A stretch of 36,444 nt of DNA from contig NVSA01000001.1 of NCBI GenBank assembly GCA_002401045.1, positions 32,216 to 68,659 of the forward strand, given 5' to 3'. The translations under genes and the position numbers were made by a program. Shown in pieces: positions 26,590-34,996 of the stretch (position 1 is its first letter; each line of letters opens with the position of its first letter). The notes beneath the pieces are model-generated. The model saw nothing but the letters and a program-made list of their open reading frames with translations, was not told where the DNA came from and searched no databases. This stretch comes from Paracoccaceae bacterium (GTDB lineage: Bacteria > Pseudomonadota > Alphaproteobacteria > Rhodobacterales > Rhodobacteraceae).

Positions 26590-27384
26590 TTATGCCGTTT
26601 GGATGCCGTAACCCCCGTCGACATAGATTGGATGTGCCACCGAAAACGGCAACTCGCCCGCAGCCAGCATCGCCACGCTACGGCCCACATCTTGTTCTTC
26701 GCCCCACCTGTTCATAGGGACACGACCTGCCGCAATATGCGCATCAATCGCCGCCCTTGGTGATCCTTCGGTTTCATCAGAGGTCATTGCCGTGCTGATA
26801 AAACCAGGCCGAACCTCGTGTACATGAATGCCCGTATCGGCCAGCGTCAGCGCAAAGAGACCCGAAACCATAGAAAGTCCTGCCTTTGAGATGCAATATT
26901 CTGGAATAGCCACCGACACATGATTGGCCGCAATAGAGGTGATAAACACCATACTGCGGTAAAACTCTGTAGGTTCGGCATCCTTCATCAAACGCGCAAA
27001 CGCTTGGGATAGAAAGAGGTTCCCACGTAAATTAATACCAATGTTATGCTCAAACGCTTCGGGCGTTAATGTCAGCACATCGCTCAGTTGCAACGGGGCA
27101 ACCCCCGCATTGTTTACAAGACAGTCGATCCCGCCAAACGCATCCCATGCAGATTTTGCAAGACCCGCATGACCGTCAAGATCAGACACATCGCCTTGCA
27201 AAAAACAAACCTTTGCACCCCTGCCCTGAAGCATCGCAGTCGTTTGCGCGCTCACCTCGTCGTCATGTAAATCAATAAGCACCAGATCGAAACCTCGGTC
27301 TGCAAGTGCCAACGCACAACCGCGCCCTAAACCTTGCCGCCCCCCTGTTACAACAGCAACTGGCTTGTCTCTTACCTGCTTCAT
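26590..27384 (-). CDS. SDR oxidoreductase (group usually annotated 3-ketoacyl reductase)
   Basis: TGGRQGLG, LIDL, NNAG, EYCISK and EVRPG; ATG at 27384 behind GGGAGG. Confidence 0.88.
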   Translation of the reverse strand: MKQVRDKPVAVVTGGRQGLGRGCALALADRGFDLVLIDLHDDEVSAQTTAMLQGRGAKVCFLQGDVSDLDGHAGLAKSAWDAFGGIDCLVNNAGVAPLQLSDVLTLTPEAFEHNIGINLRGNLFLSQAFARLMKDAEPTEFYRSMVFITSIAANHVSVAIPEYCISKAGLSMVSGLFALTLADTGIHVHEVRPGFISTAMTSDETEGSPRAAIDAHIAAGRVPMNRWGEEQDVGRSVAMLAAGELPFSVAHPIYVDGGYGIQTA

Positions 27385-27451
27385 AGCGTCCTCCCTTACA
27401 GCCACGATTTGTCCTGTCGTTGAAATATTTCGACGGACACTCCTAAGCCTA

Positions 27452-27514
27452 ACTCTATGCAAGCTTCTGCTTTCGGGTTGACACTGCAGGCACAAAAACT
27501 TTGCGGGGCGAGCA
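27452..27514 (-). promoter_or_regulatory. Activator-dependent promoter at the head of the catabolic cluster
   Basis: Minus strand TGC-N7-GCAAAG-N5-GTGC-N7-GTCAA-N20-TAGAGT. Confidence 0.65.
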
Positions 27515-27664
27515 GATACACGATTTATCCGCCAAGGCAAAACGCAAAACAAAAAGTGCCGTTGAACATAAGGTAAGGATGGGATCAGTTAACAGCCAAC
27601 AGCGCCCAGACGGCTATTGGAATGAAAATGTAGACCAAACGGTAAAACGCATAACGCTCACCGC

Positions 27665-28627
27665 TTAATTAAATTTTTCCGAATTTTGCGCTAACAGGTC
27701 GCGTGGGGAATGGCCAAAGTGGGCTTTGAACGCACGGTTGAAACTAGACACGTTAGAAAACCCCATTGAATAGGCAATTTCACAAATCAATTGCTGGCCG
27801 CCAATTTGTTTTTCCAGTTCCATGCGGCACATCTCAAGCCGCCGCCTGCGCACCCAACGCATGGGCGACGTTCCCTCTGCCGCAAAAATTTCAGATAAAT
27901 AGCGGGAACTAATACCAATACCATTGGCAATAAGTTGCGGGTTAACTTCATCATCATAAATATGCTCTTCGATAAAGTCCCGCGCGCGTGCCAAAATTTT
28001 GCGCCGACCACGCGACGCCGCAGGCATATCATCACAAAGACTAGAATCGATAACCTCGCCAAGAAAGCTCAACAAGGATTGCGAAAAAACCTTTGCACCA
28101 CGGGCGCTAAGTTGTTTTCCATCGGTCAAAACTTCATACATCATCTGCTTGGCAACAAGCCCTAAACCATGCTGAACATCTAGCGGACGCCCCAAAATTT
28201 CATCAACCGAAATCGCATGGGATTGAAGCAACTTCGCAGGTATCCGCAACCAAATCGCATCCATAATATCCGACATAGCAATTTCGTATTCTTCAGTGCT
28301 CGTCAGCAGTGTCAACGCGCCACTCTTTAGGGTGCAATCCCGTCCAAGATGCTTAATATTCATGCCACCTTTTAGGGGCAGGCAAGCAAAATAATAGCTG
28401 TTATCCTCATCAACCATATGCCGCTCTAATCGCCGCGATATACTGTTTCGCGTTGAGTGCGTAGATCGGATCAGCGACAGTTCACCTATAGAGGAAACCA
28501 TAAAATCGGCCCGTGCATCTTTTGGCCATGACACATCTATTCGATTGAAAACTGATTTTATCATTTCGGGGTTATATGCCCGCATATGGAACATAGAAGC
28601 CCTAACTTCAGTGACAATTTTGTTCAT
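27665..28627 (-). CDS. AraC family activator (FeaR-like ligand-binding domain)
   Basis: C-terminal GISSRYLSEIF...RRLE and EIAYSMGFSNVSSFNRAFKAHFGHSPRD. Confidence 0.92.
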   Translation of the reverse strand: MNKIVTEVRASMFHMRAYNPEMIKSVFNRIDVSWPKDARADFMVSSIGELSLIRSTHSTRNSISRRLERHMVDEDNSYYFACLPLKGGMNIKHLGRDCTLKSGALTLLTSTEEYEIAMSDIMDAIWLRIPAKLLQSHAISVDEILGRPLDVQHGLGLVAKQMMYEVLTDGKQLSARGAKVFSQSLLSFLGEVIDSSLCDDMPAASRGRRKILARARDFIEEHIYDDEVNPQLIANGIGISSRYLSEIFAAEGTSPMRWVRRRRLEMCRMELEKQIGGQQLICEIAYSMGFSNVSSFNRAFKAHFGHSPRDLLAQNSEKFN

Positions 28628-28768
28628 ATTCCCCCCTTCGAATCAATCAAATATGAGCTCCAGCCCATTTCAGAAATATCTGTTTTATATCAAATACTCG
28701 CATCCCAATAAGACAGTCTCCCAACCGCTCACTAATCCATAAATGCTGACTTGACCTTTTCTAATTTA

Positions 28769-28785
28769 TGTAGGATTATCCGACA
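28769..28785. promoter_or_regulatory. Candidate FadR/GntR operator
   Basis: TGTAGGA-tta-TCCGACA (6/7 inverted repeat) midway between divergent araC and fadR. Confidence 0.55.
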
Positions 28786-28920
28786 ATAGGACAACAGTCA
28801 AGCGTTTGACAAAAACTGCGGTAAAATCAAAGGAATACCGCATCCAATTCAGGCGTATGGGCAACGAAATTCATTTCAAAGCGCGTTCTTTAGAGCCCGC
28901 GTCAACAGATAGGACCTCTC

Positions 28921-29697
28921 TTGCCAGACAGCACCCCAAAAGCCTTGACCACATTGTCGAGCTTGAAAATAGAACCAGGTTACAAGCGCGTCGCAAATGC
29001 AATCGAAGCACAGATCGTTGGCGGGCAGATAAAGCTAGGTGAACTCCTACCAACAGAATCTAATCTTGCAGAAATGTTGGGCGTTCATCGCTCAACGATA
29101 CGTGAAGGAATACGGTCGCTGGAAAATGCTGGGCTTGTCCAGCGCGGGCGTGGAAAACGATTGCGGGTTTCGGTTCCAGAAATGTCTGCGGTAAGTTCAG
29201 TCATCACCCGCGCCCTTGGTCTAAAACAGGTCAGTTTTTTTGAACTATGGGAAATGCAAATGTTGCTAGAACCCTTTGCTGCGCGGTTAGCATCGCAACG
29301 CATTTCCGACGATCTCGCGCGCGAATTGCAAAAAAATGTCGACAGCTTACGCCAGAATCTAAATGATGATGAATTTGTAATCCGCAATGATACAAAGTTC
29401 CATCAGCTCATTGCCGAAGCGGCCCAAAATGCGGCTCTTACACTTTCAACAGCACCCATAGGTGCTTTGTTATTCTCCGCAACGGTCAATCTGTATTCTA
29501 CCGTCTCGCAAGCCCGCCACCGTCTCTTGGAATCCCATGAGGAAATTCTAGCGGCAATTCTTTCAAAAGACGCACAAGCGGCAGAAGAAACCATGGCACG
29601 CCATATTCGAGATTTTTATCGCGGTTACGAAATTTCAGGGGTCGACGTTCACGCCCCCATTCCGCTTGATCCTCGCGCATTGGATTTAGTGAAATAA
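28921..29697 (+). CDS. FadR/GntR family regulator
   Basis: LPTESNLAEMLGVHRSTIREGIRSLE wHTH; FCD motifs DTKFH..N..H; TTG start behind AGGA. Confidence 0.9.
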   Translation: MPDSTPKALTTLSSLKIEPGYKRVANAIEAQIVGGQIKLGELLPTESNLAEMLGVHRSTIREGIRSLENAGLVQRGRGKRLRVSVPEMSAVSSVITRALGLKQVSFFELWEMQMLLEPFAARLASQRISDDLARELQKNVDSLRQNLNDDEFVIRNDTKFHQLIAEAAQNAALTLSTAPIGALLFSATVNLYSTVSQARHRLLESHEEILAAILSKDAQAAEETMARHIRDFYRGYEISGVDVHAPIPLDPRALDLVK

Positions 29698-29737
29698 GCC
29701 TGAGTGTTCATATTTATGACAAGCGATATTTTTAATT

Positions 29738-30787
29738 TCAGCGATCACAATACAGCCGATCATAAACCTGCCCGATGATTGCCGCCTCTTTATCCACACT
29801 ATAATTCTGCTGCACAAAGAGCGCAATATCGGTTGCCATCCCCGTTAGCTTATCATCATCAGCCAACCAATCCGTTACAGCCGACGCGGCCGCGTCAGCG
29901 GCTTCTAGCGGCACAATTGTCCCAAAACTTTCATCATTAGAAAACGCTCTAAAGTACCCCGTATCAGAGGCAACAAACGACGCACCGCACGCCATGGCCT
30001 CTAGTGGGGTCATGCCGAAACCTTCGTAACGCGGCAAAGCAACCAGTAAACTGATTGCCCGCATCAAGGCAGGCATTTTATCCGCCCCGACTTCGCCGGT
30101 AAAAACAATACGGTCGGCCAAATCTGCCTGCGCAACTTTTGCTTTCAATTCGGCCAAGAACCCTGCGTGCTTTGATTGCGCCTGCCCCACAACCAAGGCC
30201 ACCGTATTGGGCAGGTTCGGCAAGCACGCAATCATCGCATCAACAAATATATCCGTGCCTTTTTCAGGGCGAACCCGCCCAACACAGGCAATGCCGCGCG
30301 CACCACCGTAGCCCAAGGACGCCCATTCAGCCTGCTTATTTTTGGCAGGCTGGAACCGCACGCAATCCACCCCGTGGTTCGCCACCGCCCAAACATTTGG
30401 CACGAAACTTGCGGCTTCCTTACTGGTTGCAATCACCGCATCCATCTTTGAGATCAACCAACGCGGATAGGCCGAATGACGACGGATCGCGGCAGATGTA
30501 AAAACAATCTTGATCGGCAGGCGCAAAATATCCCGTGCCCAAATTGCCAGCCGCATTTCGGGATTACGCCGTACATGCCAAATTGAAAATGGTTTGCCAG
30601 CAGGCGCCACTTTAGACAGTCGCAAAGCTTGCTTCTTAGATAATGGCGCATCACAACTCGGCAAAGCATGACCGACCAATGCAACATTCATATCTTTGCG
30701 TTGAACACCCAGCACATTGGATGCTGTCGCCGAGACGCCGGTGAAATTTTTGTTAAAGTTGGTGACAAAGACCTCAGGCGTCGACAT
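29738..30787 (-). CDS. lpcC: GT4 LPS core mannosyltransferase (LpcC/LpsB-like)
   Basis: NFNKNFTGVSAT, IWHVRRNPEM, GRVRPEKG and YEGFGMTPLEAMA. Confidence 0.8.
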   Translation of the reverse strand: MSTPEVFVTNFNKNFTGVSATASNVLGVQRKDMNVALVGHALPSCDAPLSKKQALRLSKVAPAGKPFSIWHVRRNPEMRLAIWARDILRLPIKIVFTSAAIRRHSAYPRWLISKMDAVIATSKEAASFVPNVWAVANHGVDCVRFQPAKNKQAEWASLGYGGARGIACVGRVRPEKGTDIFVDAMIACLPNLPNTVALVVGQAQSKHAGFLAELKAKVAQADLADRIVFTGEVGADKMPALMRAISLLVALPRYEGFGMTPLEAMACGASFVASDTGYFRAFSNDESFGTIVPLEAADAAASAVTDWLADDDKLTGMATDIALFVQQNYSVDKEAAIIGQVYDRLYCDR

Positions 30788-30798
30788 GAGTTGTCGCC

Positions 30799-32214
30799 TT
30801 AATCACGTGCATAAACATCCTCATAGCGGACAATATCATCCTCGCCCAAATAACTACCCGTTTGCACTTCAATCAAAACCATCGGCACTTTGCCAGGGTT
30901 TTCCATGCGGTGCTTATCACCGACAGGAATATAGACCGATTGATTTTCACCAACCAATTTGACCTCATCGCCGATTGTGACCTTGGCGGTTCCTTCAACC
31001 ACAATCCAATGCTCTGAGCGGTGAACATGGCTTTGCAAACTCAAAATGCCCCCTGGTTTGACCACGATCCGTTTCACTTGGAAACGATCGCCCATATAGA
31101 GGCATTCAAAACTACCCCAAGGCCGATGATCACGCGGATGTTGCACCGCTTGCACTGCACCGCGTGCTTTCAGCGCCTCAACGGCCAGTTTTACATCTTG
31201 CGAACGGTTTTTATCCACAATCAAAACCGCATCAGGCATAGCAATCGCAACAATATCTTTCAGCCCAATGCCCACCAGTTCCAACGCATCCGCCTCGGAT
31301 CGCAATAACGTATCCTTGCAATCAATCGCTTGCGCCGCCCCTGATGTCACAACCCCGTTTTCATCGGCTTCAGATTCGCGCCAGACAGAATTCCAATCGC
31401 CTAAGTCAGACCACTCGCCCACAAACGGCACAGCCGTCAGGTTTTTAGCAGGTTCCATAATCGCATAATCAACCGAAATATCTTTCGCATCCGACCATGC
31501 CTTCGCCCCTAACCGCAAAAAACCCAAATCAGATTTCGCCGTTTTCAACGCCTCCCCCACGGGGGCAATCATATCAGGTCGGTGTGCCTGAAACGCTTCA
31601 ATCACACTACGCGCTTTGAATAAAAATATCCCTGCGTTCCACAAAAACATGCCCGCATCCAACATAGCTTGCGCGGTTTTCTCATCAGGTTTTTCGACAA
31701 AACGTTTTAACTTAACCGCCCCGCCATCGTCTGAGACGGTTTCCAATTCTAAATAACCATAGCCCGTTTCAGGACGGTTCGGCGCGATGCCAAAGGTCAC
31801 TAGTTCACCGGCATTCGCCGCATCAACACCGCGCAAAACTGTTTTCGCAAACAGCGCCGCATCAGGCACATTATGATCACTTGGCAGAACCAGCATCATC
31901 GCCTCTTCATCTTGCGCCAACAAGTAGAGCGCGGCCGCCAAAATCGCAGGCGCCGTATTACGCCCCTGCGGTTCAATCAACACAGACGCAGGATCAATAC
32001 CCAGCTCCATTAATTGTTCTGTCACAATAAATCGAAAATCAGAATTGGTCAGCACAATAGGGTTTGCAAATTCAGCGCCTGTGACACGCAGTGCGGATGC
32101 TTGAAACAGCGATTGGTCGCCCACCAGTTTAGAAAACTGTTTCGGGTAGCTTTTGCGTGAAAGCGGCCAAAGCCGTGTTCCTGAACCGCCACATAAAATC
32201 ACTGGTGTAATCAT
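30799..32214 (-). CDS. manC: Mannose-1-phosphate guanylyltransferase / mannose-6-phosphate isomerase
   Basis: PVILCGGSGTRLWPLSRKSYPKQF, FVEKP, WSDLG, RPWG and LSLQSHVHRSEHW. Confidence 0.96.
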   Translation of the reverse strand: MITPVILCGGSGTRLWPLSRKSYPKQFSKLVGDQSLFQASALRVTGAEFANPIVLTNSDFRFIVTEQLMELGIDPASVLIEPQGRNTAPAILAAALYLLAQDEEAMMLVLPSDHNVPDAALFAKTVLRGVDAANAGELVTFGIAPNRPETGYGYLELETVSDDGGAVKLKRFVEKPDEKTAQAMLDAGMFLWNAGIFLFKARSVIEAFQAHRPDMIAPVGEALKTAKSDLGFLRLGAKAWSDAKDISVDYAIMEPAKNLTAVPFVGEWSDLGDWNSVWRESEADENGVVTSGAAQAIDCKDTLLRSEADALELVGIGLKDIVAIAMPDAVLIVDKNRSQDVKLAVEALKARGAVQAVQHPRDHRPWGSFECLYMGDRFQVKRIVVKPGGILSLQSHVHRSEHWIVVEGTAKVTIGDEVKLVGENQSVYIPVGDKHRMENPGKVPMVLIEVQTGSYLGEDDIVRYEDVYARD

Positions 32215-32287
32215 TAAATTCACTGCCCATTTTATCGTTAGCGTATTATCCTACACATCTGTTACGAATACAAACCTCAATTACAGA

Positions 32288-33550
32288 CTACAATAATGCC
32301 TCAATCTTTGACGTGATTTCGTCCAGCATTTTGTCCTTATCATTGCTGTCAAACAACGTCGCCTGAGCCGCCTCAATTTGTGTACTACGCGCCGCAGGTT
32401 CCAACAGACACACCCAAGCGGCAGCAATATCCTCACCAGTATCTGCCTGCAAAGATCCCTTATTTTCCACCAATCGTTCATAAATGGCTTGGAAATTAGA
32501 ATACTGCGACCCGTGGATAATTGCCGAGCCAAAGACCGCAGGTTCATAAGGTGTATGCCCGCCGACAGAGACCAATGAGCCTGCCACGAATGTGGTGGCC
32601 GCAGCGCTATACCAAAGCGACATATCGCCCACAGTATCGGCCAGATATATATCATCCGCCTGATCAGGCAGTTCAGAGCGCGACCTAGTTGCATATGAAA
32701 ACCCATGCGCCGCAATCAGCGCCGCAATTTCAGCGCTGCGATTAGGGTGCCTAGGAACAAGGATCATTTTCAAATCAGGCCGCGTCTTTTTAGCCCGCGC
32801 GAAGGCATCCAAGACAATCTGGTCTTCGCCCTTATGCGTAGAGGCAACGCATAGGGTTTTATCATAGGGGAAAACTCCCTGTACGGCTTGCAAATCGGGA
32901 TGATCCACAGGAACCGCCTCTTGAAATTGTTTCAAATTTCCCAACATATTCAGTCGCTCACGTGACACACCTAATGCAGAAAAACGCTCAAAGGCATTCT
33001 GATCTTGGGCAAAACAATACGAAATACGGCTAAAAACCTGCTGCGCTAATCTTGGATTTTTTTGCCATGTGGCAAAGCTTTTGGCAGACATACGCGCATT
33101 TACAAAGATAATCGGCAAAGCCTGTTGCGCCGCTTTAAAAATGCGGTTCGGGTACACTTCATTTTCAATTGTAATCATACAAGACGGCTGCCACCGCGCT
33201 AAAAACCGATTGATAACACTGCTAAAATCAAGCGGTGCAATCTCAACATGCACCCTGCCCGACGCCAAATTCTTGGCCCGCTCAAAGGCAAGCTTATTAG
33301 ACACTGTAATCAATAAATCATAGGTACTGAATTTTTCAGACAACGCAGGCAACAACAGCTCCAAGGTATTAAATTCGCCCAAACTCGCCGCATGCAGCCA
33401 GATCAGCCGCGCATTCGCACTACGCCCCTGCCCGAACCCGAAACGGGCTTTGAACGTCGCAAAGCTGTCTTTGCCTGTCATAATACGCTGCAAACAAACA
33501 AAGGGCACAACCAGCCAAGCCAGCGCCATCATCAAACGATATTTAAACAC
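32288..33550 (-). CDS. waaA: 3-deoxy-D-manno-octulosonic acid (Kdo) transferase
   Basis: IWLHAASLGE, NARMS, ASTHKGE, LVPRHP and GGHTPYEPA. Probable GTG start at 33550 behind AAGGGA. Confidence 0.93.
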   Translation of the reverse strand: MFKYRLMMALAWLVVPFVCLQRIMTGKDSFATFKARFGFGQGRSANARLIWLHAASLGEFNTLELLLPALSEKFSTYDLLITVSNKLAFERAKNLASGRVHVEIAPLDFSSVINRFLARWQPSCMITIENEVYPNRIFKAAQQALPIIFVNARMSAKSFATWQKNPRLAQQVFSRISYCFAQDQNAFERFSALGVSRERLNMLGNLKQFQEAVPVDHPDLQAVQGVFPYDKTLCVASTHKGEDQIVLDAFARAKKTRPDLKMILVPRHPNRSAEIAALIAAHGFSYATRSRSELPDQADDIYLADTVGDMSLWYSAAATTFVAGSLVSVGGHTPYEPAVFGSAIIHGSQYSNFQAIYERLVENKGSLQADTGEDIAAAWVCLLEPAARSTQIEAAQATLFDSNDKDKMLDEITSKIEALL

Positions 33551-33700
33551 GCATATGTCCCTTATAAAGTTGTGCGCATTATATACGCGGGTCAGACAAG
33601 ATGTGAATGCGTAATTATGCTTTTCGCTTGAGACAAAGCCGATTAGAGTAGCCTGAAATAGGGCATCAGACATACAAACCCTACCCAAAGAGAGTTGCGC

Positions 33701-34222
33701 ATGAAACGTTGGTTTTCAAAAAGACGATATGCAAAAAATGTATCCATTGGCCGCTATTCACAGGTTAGCAAAGATACAGTGATTGGCGACCATACTTATA
33801 TCGGGCGGCACTGCTCGATAGGCAAAACCCACATTGGGCGTTATGTTTCTATCGCAAATAATGTCTCTATCGGAAACGGCGAACATAGTTTGCAACGCAT
33901 CTCAACCAATAGTGTTTTTTATGAAGATGCTTACGCAGAATTGACACAAGGCGACTGCATAATCGAAGCAGATGCCTGGATCGCTGTTGATGCTATTATT
34001 CGGCGCGGCGTAACAATAGGCATAGGCGCCGTTGTCGGGGCAAACTCATTTGTGAATTCAGATGTTCCTGCATTCGCCATCGTCGTCGGGTCACCTGCGC
34101 GGATTATTGGCTACAGGTTTGATGAACAAAAAAGAGCCGCAATACTTGCAAGCCTCTGGTGGGATCAAGAGCCCGATGACGCTAAAGAAACAATCGACGC
34201 ATTAGAACGCGCACATCCCTAA
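33701..34222 (+). CDS. Hexapeptide-repeat O-acetyltransferase (CatB/Xat-related), likely a polysaccharide acetylase
   Basis: IGRYVSIA..V.IG..EH, DAWI..GVTIG.GAVVGANS.V..DVP, GSPARII..RF and WWD. Confidence 0.85.
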   Translation: MKRWFSKRRYAKNVSIGRYSQVSKDTVIGDHTYIGRHCSIGKTHIGRYVSIANNVSIGNGEHSLQRISTNSVFYEDAYAELTQGDCIIEADAWIAVDAIIRRGVTIGIGAVVGANSFVNSDVPAFAIVVGSPARIIGYRFDEQKRAAILASLWWDQEPDDAKETIDALERAHP

Positions 34223-34235
34223 TCAGAGGTCACAC

Positions 34236-34992
34236 GTGGAACAGTACAAAACATTCATTATCCACCTGCAGCGTGCAACAGGGCGCGCGGCACAAGTGCA
34301 AGATTTAATCTCTAAAGCACCCTATAAAACACAAATCGTCGATGCCGTTGATGGGGCTAAGTTACCGCTGGCAGAGGTTGATAGCCACTATTCAGAAACC
34401 CCAATCTTAACACCTGCATATCCATTCAAACTAAACTTTGGCGAAATAGGTTGCTTTTTAAGCCACCGCAAAGTCTGGCAAGAAATTGTTGATCAAAAAT
34501 TAGACGCAGGCCTTATCTTTGAAGATGACGTTGATCTTTGAAGATGACGTTGAAATTGATCCGACCACATTCGCACAATCCCTTAATTTAGCCAAAACCC
34601 ATGTTCAGAAACTAGGGTATATTCAATTCCAAGTGCGCGATGTTATCGATCAAAACAAAGTACAGGCACAAAGCGAAGCCGCACAAATCATCCAGCCAAC
34701 CGTGACCCCTTTACGCACATCAGCACAATTCGTCAGCTACGAAACCGCGCAAAAACTACTCAACATAACATCTAAATTTGACCGCCCGATAGACACATTT
34801 TTACAAATGTTTTGGGAAACGCGGATACACATCTGTTGTGTTGTCCCCTCTGGCGTCACCGATAAAACCCAAGAAATTGGCGGCAGTACGATATCAAAAA
34901 ACACCTCTTTAAAGGGCAAGTTTAAAAAAGAATATGGTCGCTTTAGCTACCGTAAAAAAGTTAAGAAATTTTCGATCCAAACGCTAAAATAA
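34236..34992 (+). pseudogene. Glycosyltransferase family 25, interrupted by a 19-bp tandem duplication
   Basis: FIIHLQRATGR, AVDG, GEIGCFLSH, LIFEDD and RPID are split across two frames; removing one repeat gives a 245-aa ORF. Confidence 0.9.
34515..34552 (+). repeat. Perfect 19-bp tandem repeat, two copies
   Basis: ATCTTTGAAGATGACGTTG at 34515-34533 and 34534-34552. Confidence 0.97.
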
Positions 34993-34996
34993 AAAC

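Noticed and set aside
27385-27552. N-terminal extension of the SDR in the ORF track (likewise waaA 33551-33688 and SDR 20541-20597)
   Set aside because: Better starts exist downstream (RBS-backed, or coupled to the upstream stop), and the extensions cover promoter DNA or the neighbouring gene.
32245-32255. ATTATCCTACA resembling half of the 28769 palindrome, upstream of manC
   Set aside because: A single half-site in an unrelated LPS operon; likely chance.
33695-34222. Chloramphenicol or streptogramin acetyltransferase resistance gene
   Set aside because: Same fold, but it is embedded in an LPS locus directly upstream of a GT25; sugar O-acetylation is more parsimonious.
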